Below, in pieces: positions 37,794-48,636 of a DNA stretch of 64,000 nucleotides (the stretch's first letter is position 1; each line of letters starts with the position of its first letter). Location of the stretch: assembly GCF_006345805.1 (NCBI RefSeq), contig NC_043011.1, positions 54,882,464-54,946,463 of the forward strand. The letters run 5' to 3'. The notes beneath the pieces were generated by a model. That model was not told the DNA's origin and searched no databases. It saw nothing but the letters and a program-made list of their open reading frames with translations. The translations under genes and the position numbers were made by a program. The stretch is from Octopus sinensis. Its lineage: Eukaryota.

Positions 37794-39121
37794 TATTCCA
37801 CAAATTAACCTCGACCAACACACTCATCTAAAAGGGAAATCAAGAAAACTATAACAATAAAAAACATTCCCTAGCTTCACAGAAACATTCTGGGTAACAC
37901 GTTCAATGTGGATCTTATTTCAGATTCAAGCTGATTCTAGTGATTGAAATAACGGGTTAAACACGTCAGTAATTTAAGTGTAGAAGATTTGTGGCAGCCC
38001 ATTTGACCAGTTTGTTAACTCCGACTTTGAATGAAATATCATTTACGTCAGAACAACGGAAGTATACTGATGGAATGCACTGGTTTAAGTTGAGTTTACG
38101 TGATACGTGCCTCGTACGGGATCATCATGAGAGATGTTGACAGTAAGTTTGATCTGGAAGAAGGTCACAATTGTTAAACCTGTTGGCCACTCGAAAATTT
38201 GGAGACATTTATTTATTTTCTGCCATTACGTACCACATGAACTTAGTTTAGTTGCTAAGGCACACAAATATATACAGCATCGAATGTGTACACTGTTATG
38301 CTTTCTTCTTTAACCATCTGTTAGATGTGTGCATTAATATTCTTCTTCGTTGAAGCCTTTTATTCTCAAGTGAATTACACAGCTTTTATTGGATTTATTC
38401 TAACTCTACTGAAAACAAAGTGTAAAACTATACTAGAACAGAGTGGTCGACATTCGGGATCGAGGTATTATTTATTGATTATCAATATTCTTTTGGCAAA
38501 ATGAAATGGAGTGAACACTTGTAACTGATTGATTAAATTGAACACCAAGATTTTTTTTTCTTTTTGTAAATCATAATTTTTGCGATCTTTCGTTTTATGT
38601 ACATATAATGGTGGAAAACAAAATGAAAGGTAAACAATTATCAAGATTATTTTACGACAAGACACAGTCTTCGTTTCATAGAACTCAACGATGCAACATC
38701 AAATGCAAATGCAATAGAAGTGGTAAGGAGTTTATCAAAAGTAAATACCGTACCATACATGGAACTTCTAATAATCTCTTCTGAACATAGAACTTACTTG
38801 GCATCATTTTCATAAATATAAGGCATGGGTGATCTGTCAGCAAAATGAAGATTATGGTTTACCGTGAAAGGCAAGTGAACGACTCATATGATAGAAGTGA
38901 TTAAGATAACGTAACTTGGGGCTAATATCTCTGTCCTTATCCGGTTCCATAGTTCTATTCTATGACCACACTCCGTTAGCACTGAATTTTGAAGTGCATG
39001 TTTTTAGAATCGATAAAATATGTTCCAGACCAATTTCAGTTACTGGACAAAAAGAAGCAAGTGTCATATCAAAAGAAATCTATATTATGCTTCATGTGTA
39101 GTGTGTGATGTTCATCTAAGG

Positions 39122-39322
39122 CAGTGGTTTTCAACCAGAGTTCCGCCAGTACAGTCCAGGGGTTCCGCAAGAGGTCACAAAACTGCTAAATTCGGCAGTA
39201 ATTTTTAATTCTCCCGTGCAGATATGTGTGCATAAGACTATTAAATTATTGCTCAGGGGTTCCTCGAGCCAGTGGAATGTTTCCTTGGGGTTCCGCTCCG
39301 GCAAAAAGTTTGAAAAGCACTG
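39122..39322 (+). mobile_element. hAT (Charlie-like) MITE with 8-bp TSD
   Basis: Ends CAGTGGTTTTCAA..TTGAAAAGCACTG; ATCTAAGG at 39114-39121 and 39323-39330. Confidence 0.9.
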
Positions 39323-39491
39323 ATCTAAGGACAACAGTATGACATCTATAAATACCACTGCACCTTTCTTTTTTTTTTCCTCCTCCTCCTCCTTTTCAAT
39401 TTATTACTCAGACGGTAACATTCTCGATGAGGACGTGCCTGTTTGCACGCAGCTGGTTCTATTAAATGTCAACATATGAAACAATACATAA

Positions 39492-39708
39492 GGCGGCGAG
39501 CTGGCAGAATCGTTAGCACGCCGGGCGAAATGCTTAGCGGTATTTCGCCTGCCGTTACGTTCTGAGTTCAAATTCCGCCGAGGTCGACTTTGCCTTTCAT
39601 CCTTTCGGGGTCGATAAATTAAGTACCAGTTACGCACTGGGGTCGATGTAATCGACTTAATCCGTTTGTCTCCTCTGTGTTTAGCCCCTTGTGGGTAGTA
39701 AAGAAATA
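39492..39708 (+). mobile_element. SINE group A
   Basis: Close to consensus. Confidence 0.88.
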
Positions 39709-39749
39709 TATAAAACAATACATATATTTCTTTGGTCTATGATCAGAAT

Positions 39750-41590
39750 GAAAGTTCAATTAGTCGGTATCCGTCGGTCTCGAGAGGCCATGGATCTGCG
39801 TCCGAAGAAATCTTGTCAGCTGCTGATAGTAGTGCAGCGTAAGTTGTGGCTGTACAGGTTCACACAGGAGTGGCAATCACACATATAGCGACTGCATTTG
39901 ATGGAGCTCTCTGCTGGTGCTACTGATTTTTCCTTCCGTCGAATGTGCTTTTCTTTGATGGCGATTTCCTCTTTTTCTTCCGCTCTCTTCATTCCCTTTC
40001 GCAGTTATTTGTCTCCAGCGTGGGCGTATCATTTGCAACCTCTTCCCAACTCAGGACGTCCAGATCAAGCGACTTCATATTTCTCTTACAGACATCTTTC
40101 AAAAGAAAATGAGATCGTCCTCCTGCTCTTGTACCGATAACTAATTCACCATACAGGGTTTTTTTATGGGATCCTTCCGTCTAGCATGTACATGATCGAG
40201 CCAGCGCAAACAACACTGCTGGAGCCAGATGGATGTCTTGCCTCGGTTGAGGACTTTGGCGTGGGTGATGTGGTCGGTCCACTTGATGTCCAAGATGTGT
40301 CTCAAGTTACGAAGATGAAAGACGTTGAGGCACCGCTCCTGTCTAGAGTAAAGTTTCCACGTCTCACTGCCATAAAGTAGCGTACTAAGGACGCATACCT
40401 TATATACAGCAAATTTGGTGTTTGCAGCCAGTTTTTTTCCCCTCCAGACTCTCTTTGTGAGCCTGGCAAATGTGGAGGATGCTTGTCCAATTCGCCTGTA
40501 GATCTCAGGGTCCAGGAAGAAGTCATCAGCGATGGTAAAGCCGAGGCAGGTGAATTGATGGACTACCTCCAGCTTGTAGTTGTTGATGGTGATGATGTTG
40601 ATGTTGAGCGAAGCGGTCTTCAGTAGTGAGAGAAGTCCGAAACGTGGTGCTTTGCTATTCGTAAGACCTGCAGAAGAGAAAGCAGGTCAACCCCCCGACA
40701 CCGAGAGCATCGACGGATGGATGAATGCGCAACCAGGCTCAGCGGTTGCGAAGGAAGTCGGGGATAAGAAACAGGAAGAAAGAGTGAGAGAAAGTTGGAG
40801 CGAAAGAGTACAACAGGGGTCGCCACCACACCCTGCCGGAGCCTCATGGAGTTTTAGGTGTTTTCGCTCAATAAACACACACAACGCCCGGTCTGGGAAT
40901 CGAAACCGCGAGTCCGCTGCCCTAACCATAGGGCCATTGCGCCTCCAGCTGTTGATGGTGATGGTGGAGGTGTGCTTGACATTTTGGCCCATTACCTAGG
41001 TCTTCTTCAGACTGATAGTCGGGCTGAATTCCTGACAGGCCTTTGAGAGTTTTTCCACGAGGTCCTACATTTGCTCTTCAGAGGACGCTGTCAGTGCTGC
41101 ATTGTCTGCAAACAGCATTTCTCTGAGGAGTTCCTGGCGCATTTTGGATTTTGCCTCAGCCTCGAAAAACTAAACAGTTTGCCACTTGATCTGGTGTGGC
41201 GGTAAACACCATCACTTGATGAGCCAAATTCATGTTTCAGCATGACTGAAAAGAAGATGCCAAATAGAGTGGGGGCAATTACACAGCCATGTTACACACC
41301 GCTGAGTAAGTTGAAAGCATCCGAAAAAGAACCATCAAATTGAACGACGCCTTTCATACCCATGTCAGATGATTGAACAATCCTGAGAAGTCTTGGAGGA
41401 CAGCCAATCTTGGTAAGGATTTTGAACAGGCCGTCTTTACTGACTAGGTAAAAAGCCTTAGTGAGGTTGATGAAGGTGATAAAGAGTGGTTGTCTGCTCT
41501 CAGTACTTTTCCTGTTGCTGTCGGAGAGAGATCATGTCGATGGAGGGATGTTTTTCTCTGAAACCACGCTGAGATTCGGAGTAGAATCGC
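39750..41590 (-). pseudogene. RTE/BovB-like LINE, decayed reverse transcriptase and C-terminus
   Basis: Minus-strand ESQRGFR..GCPPRLLRIV..GCVIAPTLFGIFFS..TISLKKT..LEVVHQFTCLG..VLSTLLYGSETW..LRHILDIKWTDHIT with stops and frameshifts. Confidence 0.85.
40605..40948 (-). mobile_element. SINE group D (tail type 1) inserted into the RTE LINE
   Basis: TSD TGTTGATGGTGATG at 40581-40594 and 40950-40963. Confidence 0.88.
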
Positions 41591-41594
41591 AGCA

Positions 41595-42015
41595 CTTTCA
41601 TTCTCTCCCAGTAGCTCCACTGTGTCATTGATGCAATCTTCCTCATGTAGTATCGCTGAACCGCCTCAAGTTCTACTGTTAATCCTACAGTGTAAGGTGA
41701 CCACAGTTGAGAGCAGCAGTCCAGACGGCTGAGGACAAATGTCCTTCATAGGACCAGCATAATTTCCTGGTTCCTTGTTCTGAAGGTTCTCAGAATCCAT
41801 CCGGCCATTCACCTGCACACTACCATTATCTTGGTGACATGCATGTGAAACGAGGCATCGTTGCTCATATCAATTCCAAGATCACGTACCGTATGTGATT
41901 TCCACTCCTTTTGGTCCAAAGTATTGTTGTTGTGTCTTCTGAGCACCAATTAGCTGGAAGCGGAGAGCTTGGAATTTGCCTGCATTAAATTGCATGCTGT
42001 TGTCCTCAGCCCATT
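41595..42015 (-). pseudogene. CR1/L2-like LINE RT C-terminal relic
   Basis: WAEDNSMQFNAGKFQ..VRDLGI..GWILRTFRTR..LSRLDCCSQLWSP..ELEAVQR..SYWER. Confidence 0.75.
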
Positions 42016-42177
42016 TATATATTTAATTAATTTTCTTATGTTGTCTACTATACTGAATATACTCAAACATTCACTTATCCATGAGTGTGGGATCATGTCA
42101 TAGGCTTTCCATGGTCTTGTTAGATTTTTCTTTCTAGCTTTTACTTCGTTTAGAACTGCTTTGTCTTAAAAAAAAGC

Positions 42178-42400
42178 AGCACTCCGTTGTTTACGCCGAC
42201 GAGGGTCCCAGCTGAGACGATCAACAGAGCAGCTTGCTCGTGAAATTAACGTGCAAGTGGCTGAGCACTCCACAGACACGTGTACCTTTAACGTAGTTCT
42301 CGGAGAGATTCAGCGTGACATAAAGTGTGACAAGGCCGGTCCTTTGAAATACAGGTACTTCTCATTTTTGCCAGCTGAGTGGACTGGAGCAACGTGAATT
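42178..42400 (-). mobile_element. SINE 3' part with CORE-like module and a further tail type
   Basis: Minus-strand TTCACGTTGCTCCAGTCCACTCAGCTGGCAAAAATGAG is shared with the copy at 16401; the downstream sequence differs. Confidence 0.7.
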
Positions 42401-45164
42401 GAACTCACGGGAGCGGACAGCAGAGAAAAACATATTACGTACACATACTAAGTCGAAACATTCAACAACAAACACTAAAATACATGGGAATACTCGTACA
42501 AGTATAAGTACACATACTTATACAGTCGTATATATACTCACTCGTGCATATACACACTCTGCAAACCGTCACACACAAGCACAAGCCAATAATAACTCAG
42601 GACCCGGACATTGTAACAAGCACGCACACATCGATTGTTAATGAGAATTCCTGAGAAAGTAATGAGAAATTTTGCTGGGTTTTTATTTCATACGTTTTGT
42701 TGTCTTATATTGATTAAAACAACAGTGGGTACCACTTCCGCTTCATCTAAATTTAGAAAGAGAACACAGATCGAACAATTTAGCCGCAAATTTTGTCTGC
42801 CTACGTCTATTTTGATAATGATTCACATATCCGAGTAAGAAGTTGCATTTTTAAGACATTTTAATCCAAAGATAAACAAAATGTCACATTGACTTCCACA
42901 AACAGAACATTTGAGTCGAACATTTTTAGAAGACCCAGAATGAAATAATCCAATGCGACTAAAATAATAAGAAACTATTTATTTGAAACCTATTTTTAAT
43001 GAAATAACTTTAGGTCATTTAAAAAAAAAAAACGATTTGTTTGTACGAAGTAAACTTTTTATTTAAGTGTGGGATGCTAATTGAGAAAAAGAACTGATAT
43101 GAAGTCTTTATGTGGTTAAGTTGTCATAATAAAAGTAAAAAGAGAGAGTTGGTATCCCATGCATGCTGTTGTGGTAATATGAGTATTGTCGCTTTATAAC
43201 CGTTAGTCAACTTTGATCAAAGGCATACTGGTAACGGTAACCATCCTATTTTAGATGATAGCTACAATGCACATAGAACTAATTTAGTATAACCCCCTTT
43301 CTTTTTTCTATAGCATCAGGATGTAATTTGAGGAAAATTGGGTTATTATTTCCACCAGATGGATCGATCACGTTGAGCTCTCTTGTTGGGTCATTATAGG
43401 ACAGTGAAGAAAAGTCGTCGATGGTCTATGTCCGATAGGGAACGAAGAGCTCAAGTAAGTAAGGTGTGTTTGAAGAAAAAGTTTGGTCGCTACTTCCAAG
43501 TCGTACAACCACCGTTTTTTTTTTTTCGTTAACTCGCAGAGAAGATGTAATCAACGATGGGTTTGTGAAATAGAGTCGGTTAATTAATGTAACAGACAAA
43601 CTCTACACGAACTAGCAAATGCACCTCAGTGTATGCGCTTTACATAGAAAAAAAAACAACCAAAACTTCTCTAAATCACTCTGGATTGGGTTTACATCTC
43701 AATCAGGTCTGATCTAGGTATAAACAATAACAACAGATGAAAATGTATGCAATATTTACTAGCAGGACTCGTGGAAATTTCACGGTTATGTTGTAAGATC
43801 ATAAAAACTTTTAAGAGAACCAACAAATACATAATCTATATTGAAATTGTATTTTTTTTTTTCTGATGTGTTTCATTCTTGAGATGTTGTAAAATCTGTA
43901 AGGGTTGTACTGACTGTTGTCATAGAAGGAAATCTTTGAAAACTGTATCGTTCTTTATACCCTTGGCATCTCTTTTACTTTGAAAGCTGCCGTATCTTAT
44001 TCTTAAATTTACGCGAAGAAGTAAACAAGCAATGGAATGAAAACAATGACATAACCAATTTATAATAGTATTTCGCTGCAGTATGACTGTACTGGAAATG
44101 TTTTAGCAAATTTCATACCAGAAGAAAGTGCATATGGCTGGACTTGAACTTACGGTTTCAGTGAACGAATACAGTACTTGCCCAACTGAGATACAAATAG
44201 AAAACAAAACAAAACAGGAGAGTTTATTCATAAGACATTTAGTTACATCATTTTATGTACAGTTCATAAGCAACGAAAGATATTAATTTTATAAAGAAAA
44301 TTGTATAAGCCGATTGCATTATGAAATCTTCAGAGGTTGCGTAACTTTCACGTTTAATATTCATGATGGACTGCCGACAGTTTTATAGCATGACTACCAC
44401 AACAAGTGCGGTTTCTATAGTAGGTTATCTCTTCGATTTCGTTCCATAAATTATCAGTCTAACAAAAAACTTTGAATACTTTGCGTACTCGCAAAGCATT
44501 TGATGAAATATGTACCAGTTAAATAATAGGATTGATCTAATCCATTAAGCATGTTCCAAAATTTTGTAATCTTTTATTTAAAAAAAAATCCATTGCAGTG
44601 GTAGTTTGGAGGTGAATTGAAAGTTGTGTGGCGACGGGAACAGGCAAAGGTATTGTTGCAAGTTCCTAGCCAAAGTCTCACACATAGTAGGCGCAGAGGG
44701 TGATGGCCGTCTCTTTGTAGAACCCGAAGGCACCTGCAAGATTCGTGTTTTCCTTTGTGTAGCAAGCAGTCTTATCTAGGTGTAACACTGCTTCTCCGAT
44801 ATGAGGGGCGGGATGAGAAAAGGAACCCTAGAGAAAGTGTTACCTGCAATAAGCTTGGCATTAACTATAGATGTCTAGCCATCCAGTTTATTTCAGTCGA
44901 GATAAAGGTAAGAAAAAAAAGAAACATGTTAATCTTTGCTTGTTGTAGAACGAAAAACAGCATTACTTGCAAAGGTAACAGGCTCATATAATATATAAAT
45001 GCTCTAAGTGAAACTAGGCTTACGGATATTGGTGGGCTAGAAGTTGGAAGTGGCTATTCATGTTTTAGAGCAGAAAGCCAACAGATGAACCAAGAATTCA
45101 TTGGGTTGATTTTGCCATTAAATCGACTCCGCAAGTTTCATACCCACAAACTGCAAATAGATTG

Positions 45165-45780
45165 CAGTTACAGTGGAGAAAATATCTCTCTTATGGTAAA
45201 ACGTGTGAAAACACCGTTTGTTCAGAATCGCCATCTATCAGGAATCCTAGACATCGATGTTTCGAGTTTATTGATGTAACTCAAAACAAGCTTATAAAAC
45301 AATAGCTTTATGTAAAATTCAATATTTTGTCCACGGTAACTAAAGTGTATTTGCCTTTTAGCAGTTGAAATATGTCACAAACATATTTTAACTGAACTAA
45401 ACCTTGCTTATGCCGAAATACTGCTTAGCGCTAACATTTCGTTATTTTCCTCGATCGGGCGATCTACTAGCACAAATCAGTCAAAATGCTGACTGAATTT
45501 TGCATAAAGCTATTGCTTTATAAGTTTGTTCAGAGTTGCCTCTCTTAAGCCCATCTCATTGACAAGAGTCAATGAACTTGAAACATCGATGACTGGGATT
45601 CCTGATGGATGGCGATCCTGAACAAACCGGATGTTTTCACACCTTTTTACCATAAGAGAGATATTTTCTCCACAGCAACTACAGGGTATTCACCTTTTAG
45701 CAGTTGAAATATTTCACAAACATATTCTGACCTAAATTTTGCTTATGCCTAAACACTGCTTAGCGCTAACATTTCGTTAT
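45165..45780. repeat. Composite inverted plus direct duplication
   Basis: 45165-45330 is the reverse complement of about 45482-45680; 45345-45445 recurs at 45685-45780. Confidence 0.8.
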
Positions 45781-46227
45781 ATATATATAAAGTTAAGCAG
45801 AGTTAGCGGTTGGAATAACCGTCTAAGGGATAAGAATATCCGTTCTTACTACCAGCACCATTTACCTATGCTGTCACTGGGCATGGGTATGTAATCACTC
45901 TATGCTCATAGGGTACAAGTAATGATTTCTGGTCTCATCTCAAGGCCCTGTTCTTTCCTTCGTTTATTTTATTTTATGTATTTGCATTCACTCTGATGAA
46001 CCTCCATGTACTAGAGCGAATGTGTTATAAAGATGGCGAATATCATTTTTGGAATTTTCTTTGTAAGCACCGACTAACATCGGCACCCAAAACGGCCGTA
46101 AGAAATGTTATTTAAATGTTATGTTATGTTTTGTATTAAAAAATAATTAATCGGTGCTGGTCAGTTTGTTTGTTTATCAAAAGTTTTCTCCATTTTCTGT
46201 TAATATGTGTGTGTGTGTGTAAATATA

Positions 46228-46328
46228 ATATGTGGCAATTATTCGGGAGCCATGATAAAACTCCGAGTTTCCGCCCCGCTATCCGAAACTCGGAGTTTTA
46301 TCATGGCTACCGAATAATTGTCACATAT
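46228..46328. repeat. Palindrome with 44-bp arms and 13-nt loop, Penelope-like
   Basis: ATATGTGGCAATTATTCGGGAGCCATGATAAAACTCCGAGTTTC and its inverse with 2 mismatches. Confidence 0.9.
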
Positions 46329-46379
46329 AATATTCACAGATAAATTCCTCTATTTACATATTATTGAGGTCTCTTTCAT

Positions 46380-46575
46380 TGACATAATGTCATTATTGCC
46401 TGGTGGGGCAACAATCTGCAGAAGCACTGACACCATTGTTGAAGAAAATAACGAAGCTGTTATAGATTATCCAGTGGAGTTTTTAAATTTACTGACGCTT
46501 TCTGGGGTACCACCTCATATACTGGCCTTGAATAGGCATTCGATAGTCATGTTGCTAAGGAACCTGAATCCAATG
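46380..46575 (+). pseudogene. Helitron PIF1-family helicase fragment
   Basis: DYPVEFLNLLTLSGVPPHILALNRHSIVMLLRNLNP matches the PIF1/RepHel motif YPxEFLNSLxxSGxPPHxLxLKxGxxVMLLRNL. Confidence 0.85.
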
Positions 46576-47444
46576 AACAACAAGAAATGGTAAGAATTCT
46601 GTTGTCCCTTTCCATTTAGTCGATGCCGAAAACCAAAGAGATATGCTCCCAGTTACTTGGTTGAAAGAGGCAGAAGTGAACCTTTCAATTGGTTTTATAT
46701 AAGATTCGGCCAGGAACTAGGTCAAACCTATAACAATGGATTGATTTTTTCCACCACCAGCACCAAAGGTCTTTGGCGGTCAGGTGTTTCTCATTAATCT
46801 CCCAGAAAACAGATAAAACACAAAGGATCAGAAATTCGTCAGATACACAATAGGTGTGTGGATCTTGACTAAACAGAGGAAAGCGATCTCACGCATATAT
46901 ATATATGAATTATGTGGAAGCCCGGCGGGTATGTATATGTGTGGGGAAGGCGCGCGTACACACACACAAACTTGATGGACATGTACACGATTTCCATCTA
47001 CCAAATTCACTCATAGAGCATTGGTCAGCTTGGGCTATAATAAAAGACACTTGCTCAATGTGTCTTTACACTAGCTGTGTGTGGCTTCTAATCCGTATTA
47101 TCTATTATGATTAATAAGATAAGGTAAGCAGTAGTTATCGTTTTTCTCTTTTTTTTTAAATTTTTAACTTTTAAGCATAGTTTCTTTTAAGATTTCGTGC
47201 AAAGTGCATCAATAATTTTAGATTTTTCATACAAAATGCGCCAGTTGTTTTTAATTTCCATGTGAAGTACTGTAGAAATTCTTTGATTAATCTCCAGTTA
47301 TGCAACGAAATCAAAATGACTGAGAACCACTCATTAGATAAAGCAGTTGTCTTGGAAACTCTTAAAATGATTAGATGATAATGGGTGGAATGCTTTTGAT
47401 ATCGAAGCTGATATAGGGATAAACAACAATAACAAGCATCTAAA

Positions 47445-47900
47445 TAATAATAATAATGAAATTATTGTATACGGTGCTCAGGTGCACCACAACTTGTCAA
47501 AAGTGCGTATAAAGCATATGCAGTAATGTACAAATGTCTGGGAAGCGAACAGTGAATGAGTCAGATACATGCTTGCATGTGTATGGAGGGGAGAAAATCA
47601 GGTGTTTTGTTGGCGAATCTCAGGAAGCATGGAAGTTTTGAAGGATGCAGTGCTCCGACAACTAACAACTGATGCCGGCAGTTTGTTCCATGCTTCAGCA
47701 ACTCTTAGCGTAAAAAAATGTTTCCTAAAGTCATGGGAGCTGTGCTGTTTTCTGACTTTGTAAACATGTCCATGGGTGTTAGACAGGTGGAGTTTGAAAA
47801 GGTGCTTAGAGTTATTGTTTGTAAGATGGTTAATAATTTTATAGGTGTCTACCAAGTCAGCTGCCAGACGTCGGAGTTTCAATGTGTCCATGCCCATACG
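47445..47900 (-). mobile_element. CR1-like LINE 3' end with (TTA)n tail; other copies at 36203-36445 (-) and 63338-63608 (+)
   Basis: TLKLRRLAADLVDTYKII..HGHVYKVRKQ..RKHFFTLRVAEAWNKLPASVV; near-identical 3' UTR in three copies. Confidence 0.85.
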
Positions 47901-48345
47901 AATGTTTAAGAAATTCTCTTCTCAGTCACAATTCTACGAGTTCAATCTCAAAGCGTAGCACATCCGCTGTTTTTTCTTATAGACTCAGGCCAACCCAAAC
48001 CTTGTGAATGGAAACTGAGTAGACGGAGATTGTGGGGAATCCTGTCACATGGACGACACTTGTGATTCATGGGCTTCAGCTTTGTCGCACCCGGTGTTGT
48101 ACTGATTCTATCTGAATCAACGAGACAGGTGTATATGGAACATTCGACCACTTATACTAAAATGAGTGATCGAACAACTAGCGCCCTCAATCCACGAAAC
48201 AACTGCAAGATCCATTCATAAAGATTAATGTTTTCTTAATAATTCCTTTCCTCACAGCTCTACACAACTGTCGTCTGCTTCTTTCAAAGGATAACATTTG
48301 TTGTGTTAGGGAAACTGAAACGATATTTTCATGGGAATATTCCAT

Positions 48346-48376
<31 letters not shown>

Positions 48377-48441
48377 CCGGAGTAAACACATAAATGTGAA
48401 ACAAGGTGGAAAAAGAGTACTCAAATACCAGTGGTAGAGTA

Positions 48442-48605
48442 ATATGCTTTATTTAAAGCAGCAGAAAATTCAACAAAACCTGTTACTCTGAGTTTCACGT
48501 TGCCGTTCGTTGGACAGTTTTTTTCTAGCAAAAACTGTCCGACGAACGGCAACGTGAAACTCAGAGTAACAGGTTTTGTTGAATTTTCTGCTGCTTTAAA
48601 TAAAG

Positions 48606-48610
<5 letters not shown>
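48442..48610. mobile_element. Near-perfect palindrome with about 80-bp arms, Penelope-like inverted fragment inside (TA)n
   Basis: Arms differ at 2 positions; loop about 7 nt; (TA)n at about 48350-48376 and 48607-48645. Confidence 0.85.
48535..48572 (+). ncRNA. Candidate minimal type I hammerhead ribozyme (U4C core variant)
   Basis: CTGT-CCGACGA-ACG(GCAA)CGT-GAAA-CTC(A)GAG-TA-ACAG: all three stems pair around a hammerhead-like core. Confidence 0.6.
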
Positions 48611-48636
<26 letters not shown>

